Virus record (IMG/VR): IMGVR_UViG_3300035212_003113
Coordinates: 1 to 64,000 of that record
DNA length: 64,000 nt
Strand: one strand, 5' to 3'
Shown here: piece after piece, positions 27,600-36,769 of the stretch
How positions within the stretch are numbered: the first letter of the stretch is position 1
Layout of the letters: the number at the start of each line of letters is the position of its first letter
The notes under the pieces: model-generated
Databases searched by the model: none
Seen by the model: only the letters and a program-made list of their open reading frames with translations
Told to the model about the DNA's origin: nothing
Translations under genes and position numbers: made by a program

Positions 27600-27855
27600 C
27601 TGGGTCATATGCGAAGCGCTGCGAGCGGGCGACTGGCTTGCGGCAGTCAACGAGGTTGCCGACCTGTTCGAGTTACCTAGATTTACTGCTAACCTTGATG
27701 CCATCAAAGGCATGAGGGTGAATATAGTTGGCGACAGCCTTCAGCAGATTCGCATAGGATTAAATGGCGAGCTATACATGTGGCAGCCAGGCATTACCAA
27801 GATGCGTAGTACCGCCATTGTCGGTCCATGGATAGTTATTTGGGCGCGCGGGTAA
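27586..27855 (+). CDS. family A paralog
   Basis: MKLHDWVICEALRAGDW; close to 27862. Confidence 0.8.
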   Translation: MKLHDWVICEALRAGDWLAAVNEVADLFELPRFTANLDAIKGMRVNIVGDSLQQIRIGLNGELYMWQPGITKMRSTAIVGPWIVIWARG

Positions 27856-27861
27856 ACCAGC

Positions 27862-28152
27862 ATGAAGTTGCACGACTGGGTTATACAGGAAGCTATAAGG
27901 AGCGGCGATATACTTGCCGCTGTGAACACGGCTGCTTTTGTACTAGGGTTGCCGCAGTATGCGCCGGATGATCCAGCTATACTCTCAATGGTTATCACTG
28001 GCAAGTTTTACTCTACTGTCCCTGAGCAAATTAGAATAGCTCACGGGGGCCTGGCATACACTTGGATTGCGGGTGAATCTCGTGCTCGTCCGTGGACCGA
28101 TACAGGTGGCACTCGCATAAGAATATGGACTGATCATTATGAAGTTAAATGA
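27862..28152 (+). CDS. family A paralog
   Basis: MKLHDWVIQEAIRSGD. Confidence 0.8.
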   Translation: MKLHDWVIQEAIRSGDILAAVNTAAFVLGLPQYAPDDPAILSMVITGKFYSTVPEQIRIAHGGLAYTWIAGESRARPWTDTGGTRIRIWTDHYEVK

Positions 28153-28498
28153 GTGGGACATTCGTGAACGCATCAGGGTCAATGTAAGCGAAGGCGAGAT
28201 CGCCATCTCTTCTATATGGGTATCGGTAGCAACAGACTCTCTGATTATTGTAGATATAGACTGCAAGAGCAAGTACCCGGTTATTGGCCCCGTGTCTTCG
28301 AATGAAATATTTCTTATCGCAAACGAAGAGACCTTGTTCGCCCGCAACAGCGACAACCCAACAATCATAGGCCTTGAGTTGCCCGATGGCTTTAGAATAG
28401 GTCCAGTAGAAAGCGGCAGGTATTCAGTGGAACTGTTTTGCCACAGAAGCGATGCGCGCGAGCAAGGACCTTCTGTTCTTATCTGGGAGCCCGCTTGA
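28139..28498 (+). CDS. hypothetical protein (family C-like start)
   Basis: MKLNEWDIRE; 14-nt overlap. Confidence 0.65.
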   Translation: MKLNEWDIRERIRVNVSEGEIAISSIWVSVATDSLIIVDIDCKSKYPVIGPVSSNEIFLIANEETLFARNSDNPTIIGLELPDGFRIGPVESGRYSVELFCHRSDAREQGPSVLIWEPA

Positions 28499-28815
28499 AG
28501 CTTGTGAGATGGGAGCTCAAAGAGTTGCTGAATGATTATGCTCGTGCTGCGGGCACTCGCAATTCCATGTACAAAATGTCTGGAATAGATTACTGGGCAG
28601 GGACCGCGCTTATAGCCGCCATGCATGCTGATGAGCCCATAGGGGTACAATTCTTTATCGGTGGCTATGCAATTGCTACGCCACACTACTGGCCAGATAT
28701 GGGCAAGCTCAGCCTACAGTTTTTGCTGGACACAGATAAAAAGATTGCATGCACCTATGACCGCTATTACCGCCAAGCGATCAGCGAACTACACAATAGC
28801 ACACGGCAACTATGA
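28495..28815 (+). CDS. hypothetical protein (MKL start, TTG)
   Basis: MKLVRWELKE; TTGA overlap. Confidence 0.6.
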   Translation: MKLVRWELKELLNDYARAAGTRNSMYKMSGIDYWAGTALIAAMHADEPIGVQFFIGGYAIATPHYWPDMGKLSLQFLLDTDKKIACTYDRYYRQAISELHNSTRQL

Positions 28816-29099
28816 AGCTAGATTATTACGAGATAACAGCCGCTCTTGCCGCCGGCAACTACGGCCAAGCTGTAGATATTCTTCTTGCGCATTTTGGCGA
28901 GAACTATAATCACTTGGCTTTTCAGATTGCCACTTGGTCGCGCGGGCCGACTTTTCCGCATTACTCTGTGCGCATATCTTATTATGATGGGAAGGAGCTA
29001 TCATGGAATGCCAAGACAGGCTTTGCCAAGGGAGCTTCATATGAACACATGCGCTCGATCAACAACGGCCTATTGGGCAGAGTAGTTATCTTAGCATGA
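28812..29099 (+). CDS. family A paralog
   Basis: MKLDYYEI...AHFG...SW...GF. Confidence 0.8.
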   Translation: MKLDYYEITAALAAGNYGQAVDILLAHFGENYNHLAFQIATWSRGPTFPHYSVRISYYDGKELSWNAKTGFAKGASYEHMRSINNGLLGRVVILA

Positions 29100-29386
29100 A
29101 GCTGGACTCTTATCTGATGCTGTGCGCTATGAAGGCCTGCGACTATATTGCTGCTGGCGATATAATGGCGGAGTACTTTAGTGTGCCAGAGATTGCGCGG
29201 ATAACCTCCACACTAAGTCCTGCTATTGGCAGGCTAGGTGCGAACGACACGCTTGAACACATGGCGTGTGTTACGTATCAAAATGTATCATACTATTGGT
29301 ACAACACAATAGGCTTCATTGGACCAAAACAAACAGTAGCCCGCCCTCAGTATTACCAAGCCTTTGACATCTGGGTGAAAGCATGA
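29096..29386 (+). CDS. family A paralog
   Basis: MKLDSYLM...YYW...GF. Confidence 0.8.
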   Translation: MKLDSYLMLCAMKACDYIAAGDIMAEYFSVPEIARITSTLSPAIGRLGANDTLEHMACVTYQNVSYYWYNTIGFIGPKQTVARPQYYQAFDIWVKA

Positions 29387-29634
29387 AGCTGGCCGCTGCG
29401 GAAATGTTTCTCGCTTTTGAAACCGAAGACTGGGCGAGGGCAATCAAGGTCATGTCAGAATATTTTGGCAAACCATTCGGCACTATCGCTAATGTTGGCC
29501 TGACAAAAGCTACCGTCGCACCTCTGGAAGTTAATATTATTCTTGATGGCAATCGCTATGTCTGGGAAGAATACGATGGGTTTTGGAGCAGGCCATCAGT
29601 ACCCGGCAGCTATGTCAGGATATTCGCTAGATGA
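29383..29634 (+). CDS. family A paralog
   Basis: MKLAAAEM...EDW...YFG...YVW...GF. Confidence 0.8.
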   Translation: MKLAAAEMFLAFETEDWARAIKVMSEYFGKPFGTIANVGLTKATVAPLEVNIILDGNRYVWEEYDGFWSRPSVPGSYVRIFAR

Positions 29635-29942
29635 AGCTGGACCATTACTGTATCAGTGAAGCATTCGAGCGCGAGGATTGGCCAGCGGCCATTGCAGCCC
29701 TCACTGCGCACTTTAATATCCCTATGCCAGCGGACTATCGGTTGTATCTGCTGCGTCACAATGGCTTCCAGCCGGAGATAGAGATCAATCACGGTAATCG
29801 CATCTACTCCTGGCGCAAGTCACTAGGCTTTGAAAGCTGGCCCAAATGGCGTAAGCTTTATCCCGAGAACAGCATCGTTGTAGATATTTATGCGCCGCCC
29901 GCAGAGGCCGCCGGGCCTAAAGCCGGGTCGCCCCGATCCTGA
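29631..29942 (+). CDS. family A paralog
   Basis: MKLDHY...EDW...HF...YSW...GF. Confidence 0.8.
   Translation: MKLDHYCISEAFEREDWPAAIAALTAHFNIPMPADYRLYLLRHNGFQPEIEINHGNRIYSWRKSLGFESWPKWRKLYPENSIVVDIYAPPAEAAGPKAGSPRS
29917..29942 (+). promoter_or_regulatory. motif copy 7
   Basis: CTAAA gccgggtcgcccc GATCCTGA accc CGA. Confidence 0.65.
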
Positions 29943-29963
29943 ACCCCGAACGCCGGAGGCACC

Positions 29964-30257
29964 ATGAAGCTACACAACTTCGGTATGCGTATTGCTTTTA
30001 GCGAGCGCAATTACCCGCTTGCAGTAAGACTGCTTGCCGGACACTTCGGGCTGGACGCAGAAGAAATCCGCCCAGAAGATATTAAGGTATTTTTTTCGCG
30101 CAGCGTATCAGAGGTTGCCATACATAAAGATGGCGCAACATATAGATGGTGGATAGGATCGGCAGGAAGCGTGAGAACTTATTTCGCTAGCACGGTTGCA
30201 TCTAGTCCAGGCACTCGTTCGCCTATTGCGGCGGTCATTACCGTGCCAGCGGAATAG
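29964..30257 (+). CDS. family A paralog
   Basis: MKLHNFGM...GHFGL...YRW. Confidence 0.8.
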   Translation: MKLHNFGMRIAFSERNYPLAVRLLAGHFGLDAEEIRPEDIKVFFSRSVSEVAIHKDGATYRWWIGSAGSVRTYFASTVASSPGTRSPIAAVITVPAE

Positions 30258-30258
30258 C

Positions 30259-30561
30259 ATGAAACTAGAGTCATACGCTTTTGTCGAAGCCATGGGTGCT
30301 GCCGATAGGCATTACGCACTGCGCCTCGTACTCGATCACTTTGGCCTAGGTCATCGCATAGGCGAAGCACTCCAGGCAAAACAGTTTCATACGGACGGGC
30401 ATCCGCAGCCGCAGCTAGTGGTTTACTTTGTAAACTCAGCTTTCATTACCTGTAGGGGCGGGCTTTTCCGTGATTCAAATTATGCGCCGCGGGGTCATCC
30501 CGACTGGGCAGACTTCAGTAAGTGCCCTATAAAATCTGTTAGGTTCTTGTTCAAGTACTAG
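30259..30561 (+). CDS. family A paralog
   Basis: MKLESYAF...DHFGL. Confidence 0.75.
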   Translation: MKLESYAFVEAMGAADRHYALRLVLDHFGLGHRIGEALQAKQFHTDGHPQPQLVVYFVNSAFITCRGGLFRDSNYAPRGHPDWADFSKCPIKSVRFLFKY

Positions 30562-30614
30562 GCGCGAAGCTACATAGCTACGGACGACCACCTTTTTAAA
30601 GTCTGGATAAGAGG

Positions 30615-30873
30615 ATGAAATTCGACCACTATCAAATGCTGGAAGCTTTCCAGCAGGCTGACACAGCAAAGGCCTGCGCAAATCTTACAAGACCATTTCT
30701 GTCTAAGCATTCAAGATCTGTTCATCGAGATTCATCCTACCAGTTTTCATGGGTACAAGATTCATATCTGGGATGGGCCAGGATATTATACCTGGTCGCC
30801 GACAACCGGCTTCTGTAAGTCTTTTTCCAAGTTTGATCGCAGAACATCTTGCGCCATTACTCTAAGGATATGA
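30615..30873 (+). pseudogene. frameshifted family A paralog
   Basis: removing one A at 30680-30682 gives CAILQDHFCL...YYTWSPTTGF. Confidence 0.7.
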
Positions 30874-30874
30874 G

Positions 30875-30952
30875 ATGAAGCTCCATCATTACAAGATGCT
30901 ACAAGTCTTTCGGGCCAGAGACGCCGCGGCTTGCTATGCAATCTTTTTGTGA
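30875..30952 (+). pseudogene. truncated family A remnant (25 aa)
   Basis: MKLHHYKMLQVFRARDAAACYAIFL*. Confidence 0.6.
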
Positions 30953-31032
30953 AAGGAAATTTTCCTCCGCACTTTCCACATGTCTTCATTTGCCCTCCGA
31001 TGTAACTTACATTACGAGTAAGACGTTTATAC

Positions 31033-31107
31033 GGCTCGTCTGACGGAATTCAGTGGCGGCTCTTCTAAAGCTGCATCAGGTAGGTTCGACTCCTACACGG
31101 GCTGCCA
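31033..31107 (+). tRNA. tRNA-Arg(UCU)
   Basis: CGGCT-CTTCTAA-AGCTG arm, GTAGG-TTCGACT-CCTAC, encoded CCA; weak D arm. Confidence 0.8.
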
Positions 31108-31322
31108 ACGAGGTTCGGTGTTCTTCCTATAAGAAATCAAAACACCACTTTTCGAACAAGCGCTTGCGGGCGCTTAACCGATAGCGCCAGTAACAATTCT
31201 AGAAAAAGTTACTGATCGCGAAAAGGGCTAGACCCTTCGGAAGCGGGAGCACTACCCGCGGTTTTATCGGGCGATGGCCGTAGCCTACCAGGAGTGCCGG
31301 CCGCTTTTTAATTGGAGCAACA

Positions 31323-31607
31323 TTGAAGCTCGACGAATACGAGATAGAGGCAGCGCTGCGTGCTGGTGACTGGCGACGCGCCGCCGATTGCTTAATCCGT
31401 CACTTTGATATAGTGGATGTTCTCCCGCCGCTAAATACATTTTCGTTTAAAGCAATTGATTGGACCTCTTGGTCCTTGTCAATTTATTATGGCACCACTG
31501 CTTGGCACTGGGATGATTTTGCTGGGTTTTATGCAGAGGACTTGGCAGAACCTAGCGCACCTAAAGCGACTATAACCTATTGCGAAGAATATCCCTGTGA
31601 AGATTGA
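31323..31607 (+). CDS. family A paralog
   Basis: MKLDEYEI...GDW...RHFDI; close to 31597. Confidence 0.8.
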   Translation: MKLDEYEIEAALRAGDWRRAADCLIRHFDIVDVLPPLNTFSFKAIDWTSWSLSIYYGTTAWHWDDFAGFYAEDLAEPSAPKATITYCEEYPCED

Positions 31608-31878
31608 AAACTACGAAATGCTGGAAGCGATACGCGCTCGTGACTGGCGGGCCGCGGTTTATTGCTTGATGCGTCACTTTGACATAATAGACCGGCTCCC
31701 GCCGCTAGATACTTTTAATGTACAGAGGTATGGCTCATTGCACGCGCCCCGGAGCATGACACTTTATTATAGGCGTACTGTTTGGCGCTGGGATGAGCTT
31801 TCTAGTTTTTATACATACTACGTGGATGAGGCTAGGTACAGTCCTCATGTCGCTCTAGAGTACTGCGATGAAGATTAG
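31597..31878 (+). CDS. family A paralog
   Basis: MKIENYEM...RDW...RHFDI. Confidence 0.8.
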   Translation: MKIENYEMLEAIRARDWRAAVYCLMRHFDIIDRLPPLDTFNVQRYGSLHAPRSMTLYYRRTVWRWDELSSFYTYYVDEARYSPHVALEYCDED

Positions 31879-32173
31879 AGAGTGGGAAATCAGGGAGCAC
31901 TTGCAAGAAGTTATTGGCGAATACGATGATGCTTTTGATAGATTGGACCCTGGCGGCATACTATATGCCTGGGTCGTTAAGCCTGGATTTAGAATATACC
32001 AGTTCGGTGAAAAGATAAGCATCGGCGGGTCAGTCATTAATACTGACTACTTCTCTCCTAATCTTGCCAAGATTACACAAAGCTCATTAGAGCTGGCGTA
32101 CCGTATGCTTGAGGATTCAGATGATGACGAAGGAACAACCAACCCTTATGTTGTTAAGAGGTTATTTTCTTAG
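31868..32173 (+). CDS. family C paralog
   Basis: WVVKPGFRIYQ...YF.P.LAKIT; matches 47327. Confidence 0.75.
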   Translation: MKIREWEIREHLQEVIGEYDDAFDRLDPGGILYAWVVKPGFRIYQFGEKISIGGSVINTDYFSPNLAKITQSSLELAYRMLEDSDDDEGTTNPYVVKRLFS

Positions 32174-32185
32174 CGCGGGCCGGGC

Positions 32186-32211
32186 CTAAAACCGGACGCG
32201 CCCGATCCTGT
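32186..32211 (+). promoter_or_regulatory. motif copy 8
   Basis: CTAAA accggacgcgccc GATCCTGT gcgg CGA. Confidence 0.65.
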
Positions 32212-32255
32212 GCGGCGACGGTCCCCGCCGCTATTTTAAATAGGACGCCTTCGCA

Positions 32256-32594
32256 ATGAAGCTAGATTCTTATGAGATAAAGAGCGCCATGATGGATGCT
32301 CGTTGGGACGAAGCAGCGATGGTCCTAGACCGGCACTTCGGACTCTCTGGGCTGGTGGCTGCGCTTGTTGCGAGGAACTCGCGCTTTCGTCTGTCCGCCG
32401 ATGGCGACGTCGCGGACTATGTAGTGATAGCCTATGTCAAGGGATGCGCAGAGAAAGCGGTCGGCTCCAAATCTTATTATTATGGCTGGAACAATGAAGA
32501 TGAATTTAAATGCTGGGGATGCACTACGAAGGAGTCCAAAATCATCTTCTATGCACCGCGAGATCTTTATATCAAGATAGGCATGATAGTATGA
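32256..32594 (+). CDS. family A paralog
   Basis: MKLDSYEI...RHFGL...YGW. Confidence 0.8.
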   Translation: MKLDSYEIKSAMMDARWDEAAMVLDRHFGLSGLVAALVARNSRFRLSADGDVADYVVIAYVKGCAEKAVGSKSYYYGWNNEDEFKCWGCTTKESKIIFYAPRDLYIKIGMIV

Positions 32595-32878
32595 AGCTAG
32601 ACAGCTACCTGATGCTCGAAGCCGTGCGAGAACGGAATGCATCCGCAATCATAAACATTTTTTCGCAGCGTTTCCCGGAGATTGATGCGCGTCGCGATAT
32701 GGACTGGCGCTGGGTGCGCGCTCCTTGGCAGATCGTAGAGGTCCGCCTCAAGACTCCTAGTGGCAGCTTTTGCTGGGATGATTTCCAGTTCATAGTAGAT
32801 CGCGGCGTTTTTTCTTTTGACGGCTCGCACAAAATATTAGTTCGAGATGATGTTTACGTAAAGGAACCTGCGCTATGA
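32591..32878 (+). CDS. family A paralog
   Basis: MKLDSYLMLEAV...FCW. Confidence 0.75.
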   Translation: MKLDSYLMLEAVRERNASAIINIFSQRFPEIDARRDMDWRWVRAPWQIVEVRLKTPSGSFCWDDFQFIVDRGVFSFDGSHKILVRDDVYVKEPAL

Positions 32879-33273
32879 AGCTTTATCGTGCACAGCGTAT
32901 TATTGCTGCGGCTGAACGCGACGCTATTCTTGGTATCTCTTCTTCCTATGAGCTGGGCGGCATTGAGAGCTTTACCGGACTGGACGTTGGCAGGCTGAAC
33001 ATCCTACTGGCAGCCGGTCATGCTGATCCATTCGAGCGCCATAATGATGGTCCTAGTATTGATGAATTTGCAAAATTTCTTACGGCGCACCCCCGTTTCA
33101 CAGCGCATGGGTACGCAGTCGGTCCAGATCGTTATGACTACCGGTTGTCAATTGAAGGCGTAGAGCTGAAGGCGCAGCCTACGGACGAGGAGCGCTCTGC
33201 TTTTGATGCGTTGTTTTATCAGGCAGATGAGCGTATGTGCAGCAACAAAGGGCTGTATTGCTGGTACGACTGA
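32875..33273 (+). CDS. phage-type hypothetical protein (MKL start)
   Basis: ATGA overlap; ends YCWYD. Confidence 0.7.
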   Translation: MKLYRAQRIIAAAERDAILGISSSYELGGIESFTGLDVGRLNILLAAGHADPFERHNDGPSIDEFAKFLTAHPRFTAHGYAVGPDRYDYRLSIEGVELKAQPTDEERSAFDALFYQADERMCSNKGLYCWYD

Positions 33274-33435
33274 TGGTCGCGCCGCTTTCGTGCGAGCCAT
33301 CCTCGGGCAACAGCGGGCGGTGGCAGTGGCTTGCATGATGTCGTCTAAACCAAACCCACCTTACCTCACTGCCGTTCTTGCCAACCCTACCTTGTTCCCA
33401 TCGCCCGACGACGTCGTGGCCGCACTGGAGAATGT

Positions 33436-33642
33436 ATGAGCAAACCGCTGACAGATTTTCAACGCCGCGTCGTCTTGGACAAGTACGAGCCGGACAGCGA
33501 CGTCGTCGGTATGGCGCTTGTTGCCGCCCTTGACCGCCTTGACTTCTTGGAGCGTAAGTTTATTGCAGCAGACAAGGTGGTCGATGCCGTGCGTACCATC
33601 GCGCCCTTGGTCGCCGCCGCCTATGACGAAGTGAAGCCATGA
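33436..33642 (+). CDS. hypothetical protein
   Basis: GGAG SD. Confidence 0.55.
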   Translation: MSKPLTDFQRRVVLDKYEPDSDVVGMALVAALDRLDFLERKFIAADKVVDAVRTIAPLVAAAYDEVKP

Positions 33643-33983
33643 GCAATCAAAAAATCCAATCGGCCCTCGACGCGGCAGGGACCGCCGCAGACTACTCGGC
33701 CAGAGCGACGTACCAGAGAGGCTACGAAGCCGGATGCGCCGTTAACTCTAGCACTGATATGACGGCAGACCTCAGTCGTACTATCGACTCCCTCACGCTC
33801 CAGCTTGAATCTGCACACAGAGAGGCTGAGCGCCTACGTACTGCCTGCGAGAAAATTCTGTCCTGGAGCACGATAGACACGGCTATCCTGCTATCTAACC
33901 CGCCTCAGAACGCAGCCTTGGTTAACGCACAAAGCGTGCTGCGCTCCGCACTTGTACGTGACAATTCTAATGATTCGCGATAA
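33639..33983 (+). CDS. hypothetical coiled-coil protein
   Basis: ATGA overlap. Confidence 0.6.
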   Translation: MSNQKIQSALDAAGTAADYSARATYQRGYEAGCAVNSSTDMTADLSRTIDSLTLQLESAHREAERLRTACEKILSWSTIDTAILLSNPPQNAALVNAQSVLRSALVRDNSNDSR

Positions 33984-34008
33984 GAATCGTACGCAGTCCC
34001 CGCCGGGC

Positions 34009-34034
34009 CTAAAGCCGGCCCCCGCCGATCCTGA
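34009..34034 (+). promoter_or_regulatory. motif copy 9
   Basis: CTAAA gccggcccccgcc GATCCTGA aggc CGA. Confidence 0.65.
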
Positions 34035-34064
34035 AGGCCGAACCCCGAACCCGGAGTGAGTACG

Positions 34065-34313
34065 ATGGATATCAAGTTTGTTTCTAGCCTGTCGCAGAGG
34101 ATTGGCCAGTCTGACAAAAATGCGTGGCAGATCGCAGGCAACTACCTGGATGCTGCGCCAAGCCGTGAGGCCGCTCTTTGCGCAGCCATTAGCGATCTTG
34201 TAAACGGCGTACTGCCCGATGTGCTCGTTGCTGATGGCACTGCACTTCCTGCGAAGGAAATTCTTTTCTTTATCTCTAGCCGCCCGACGAGTCGCAATGA
34301 ACCCAACGTTTAA
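34065..34313 (+). CDS. hypothetical protein
   Basis: GGAG SD after motif. Confidence 0.65.
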   Translation: MDIKFVSSLSQRIGQSDKNAWQIAGNYLDAAPSREAALCAAISDLVNGVLPDVLVADGTALPAKEILFFISSRPTSRNEPNV

Positions 34314-34500
34314 GAATCCAGATGGCATGGTAATTGATCGCGAGGCGGTAATCAATCTGGTGCAGATGCACAGCCTGATTAAACTAATCGCAACTTATGA
34401 AGATCCGCTTACGCCAGAGGGAGATGCAGGTCTTGCACAGTCCAGCATGAATGCTCTTGTAAAAGAGATTGAAGAAAACGTTCCCCGTGGGGAAGCATAA
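34297..34500 (+). CDS. hypothetical protein
   Basis: 67-aa ORF. Confidence 0.55.
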   Translation: MNPTFKNPDGMVIDREAVINLVQMHSLIKLIATYEDPLTPEGDAGLAQSSMNALVKEIEENVPRGEA

Positions 34501-34516
34501 AGGAAAGGAGTCAGGT

Positions 34517-35012
34517 ATGCGCTATACCGCTTTTGTAGGGCCTCGCTGAGTCGCTTGCTACTCAGTTTCGTGATGATTCTCTGCAACACCAGGTTGTTGC
34601 TTTTGCAATTCGAGGCGGCACCGTTTTGGGGTTCGGTGTAAATCAGCGGCGTTATTCTCGCGGCAGCTCGGTCTTCCGCCAGTCAATGCACGCTGAGATG
34701 GACCTGATTCGCAAGCTCGGTGATCGTACTGCCGGCGCCAAGATTTATATTTATCGTTTCAACAATGCAGACGGACCGCAATCCCGGTGCAATAAGAATG
34801 GTCGTCCGTGCATGCTGTGTCAGCACGCGCTTAAGGAGACGGGTGTGTCGCGTGTTGTTTACGTGAATGACGACGGGATTGTCAGCACGCTCAAGCCTCG
34901 TGACATGGTTGCTTTGATTGGGCATCCGACCGAGATCACGCGCCACTTCCTGAATAGGTATTCCGGCAACCACCACGGCAGGTTTGTTGCGCAGGATTTC
35001 CTTGCGGGATAG
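34517..35012 (+). CDS. zinc-dependent (cytidine/dCMP-type) deaminase with apparent frameshift near start
   Basis: HAE...PCMLC motifs; SD plus ATG at 34517 joins main frame only if one G of GTAGGGC (34538) is skipped. Confidence 0.75.
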
Positions 35013-35029
35013 CAGGTGTAATATGCAGC

Positions 35030-35548
35030 ATGCATATGCTGCTAGCTATGTTACTTGCAATCATGCCGCCTGCTAAGAGGGATGCGGCGATCCGCGAAGT
35101 ACACGGACAAGTAGAATTGCCGCACAGATTGTTTCTTGGCGACAGTCATGCTGTGGCGTTTGAGCGACTTTCCAAAGAGCATGGCTGCATATATATTTCT
35201 GTGCGACCACGAGCATTTTGGATTATAGAATGCAACGCAGGAAAGATAAGAGCTCTTGGACAATATGGAGTAGGGCTACTGCAATATGAAGAATACGATA
35301 GCGATCCTGCTGCGTTTATTGGGACGGTTTGCGGCGGGGATGAACACTGCTCTAGAAGCCGTAGATTTATTCTACTGGTGCCGGGCTGGCACCGTTGTAC
35401 AAAGACAACGGTCAAGCACCCGCGAAACGCAGTAGCCGAATACGATGCAACCACTCGCAGATTAATGTATCAAGAATGGATGCAATGGGATCTTGGAACA
35501 GATTTTTTAGATGCTTATCAACGTGATGAGTTTTGGAGCGGGAAGTGA
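35030..35548 (+). CDS. hypothetical protein
   Basis: 172-aa ORF, hydrophobic N-term. Confidence 0.6.
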   Translation: MHMLLAMLLAIMPPAKRDAAIREVHGQVELPHRLFLGDSHAVAFERLSKEHGCIYISVRPRAFWIIECNAGKIRALGQYGVGLLQYEEYDSDPAAFIGTVCGGDEHCSRSRRFILLVPGWHRCTKTTVKHPRNAVAEYDATTRRLMYQEWMQWDLGTDFLDAYQRDEFWSGK

Positions 35549-35618
35549 TCATCCTGCGCAGTCTGCGTGCCTCCTGTAAAAAGGCGCGGTAGTTTTCGGA
35601 CCTGCATAAAACCGATGA

Positions 35619-35704
35619 GCCCTGATGGTGGAATGGTTTACACAGCAGATTTAAAATCTGTCGCTCGCAAGAGTTTGTCGGTTCGAGTCCGACTCGGGGC
35701 ACCA
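35619..35704 (+). tRNA. tRNA-Leu(UAA)
   Basis: GCAGA-TTTAAAA-TCTGT, long variable arm, encoded CCA. Confidence 0.9.
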
Positions 35705-35812
35705 ACAGCAGGCTGAATGCTATTATGTAGATTGATCGCCTACATAAAAAAGCCAGCGCGGCTCTAGGCAGTAGAGATGCGGGCTCCCCTCGCAACAACA
35801 TGGGGAGGTTGC

Positions 35813-35886
35813 TGGGGAATCGTCCAATGGCAGGACAACGGATTCTGATTCCGTTTATCTAGGTTCGAGTCCTAGTTCCCCAACCA
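35813..35886 (+). tRNA. tRNA-Gln(CUG)
   Basis: U1:A72, ACGGA-TTCTGAT-TCCGT, encoded CCA. Confidence 0.9.
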
Positions 35887-36016
35887 TGATGGCGTCTGGA
35901 CGGTCCACAGGGATGCAGGCTCGAGAGTCCGGCATAATCCTGATAGCGGATGCAAGTCGGTCACACGGGTTCGCTGCTCCCGGTAAAAGCAGCTTTCTTT
36001 TTTACACGGAGTTAGT

Positions 36017-36253
36017 ATGCCAGTTGAAGCTAGCAAGTCGGCAATCGTTTTCTCTGGTGAAGATGGCGTTCGCCTTTTCCGCATGGCCACGATTGTCAGG
36101 GGCATGAAGCTGGAAATGGTGGGCATGCGCCTCACTGCCAAGGCTCCTTCTTGCTTCACTATCGCCCGCCGCGAGTTCGGATTGAAGGGAAACAAGGCAA
36201 AGATCCTTGCAGATATGACTGCGCTTTATGAGGCTGCAAAGACAGGGGCCTGA
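36017..36253 (+). CDS. hypothetical protein
   Basis: GGAG SD. Confidence 0.7.
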   Translation: MPVEASKSAIVFSGEDGVRLFRMATIVRGMKLEMVGMRLTAKAPSCFTIARREFGLKGNKAKILADMTALYEAAKTGA

Positions 36254-36277
36254 TAATTCTGTCAGGTCGCGCCGGGC

Positions 36278-36303
36278 CTAAAGCCCGGTGCCCCCGATCC
36301 TGA
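36278..36303 (+). promoter_or_regulatory. motif copy 10
   Basis: CTAAA gcccggtgccccc GATCCTGA agcc CGA. Confidence 0.65.
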
Positions 36304-36331
36304 AGCCCGAACCGCAACCCCGGAGTAAAAC

Positions 36332-36658
36332 ATGGACCGCATTGATGCCAAGCACCCTCTTGCTGCTGTCGCTCGCCGTGCTTTCCCCGGCTATAAAGGG
36401 CGTAAGTTTCGTGTAGTCGTTTCTGATCGCCCGCGCCGTCTCGCCTCTTACTGGGATGGCGGGAGCCGAGACACTTTTGTTGTTGTGCAGGACGGTCGAA
36501 CAATCTCCCCTCCTACCTGGGGACCGTTTGGTCGTGAGGGCGCGCCTGACTTTGCTCCGGTGTCTGGAGCAATTCTGATCGAGCATTCTGTATTCATGGG
36601 CAAAGATGCTGGCTGTACCATTTACTTGCATCCTGAAGATTCGAAGTTGTTCTCATAG
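36332..36658 (+). CDS. hypothetical protein
   Basis: GGAG SD after motif. Confidence 0.75.
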   Translation: MDRIDAKHPLAAVARRAFPGYKGRKFRVVVSDRPRRLASYWDGGSRDTFVVVQDGRTISPPTWGPFGREGAPDFAPVSGAILIEHSVFMGKDAGCTIYLHPEDSKLFS

Positions 36659-36769
36659 AACATAATATATTTGTGGGCCTCGGGTGGCTAGTTGTCACGA
36701 ACGATCTTATAAATCGCCTAAGCAGGAGGCAGTATCCTGGGGGGGCCTACCACTTCTGTGAGGATTTAA

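Noticed and set aside
30786-30989. Minus-strand MKTCGKC ORF resembling an HNH start
   Set aside because: No HNH motif, and it overlaps two recognisable + strand family A remnants.
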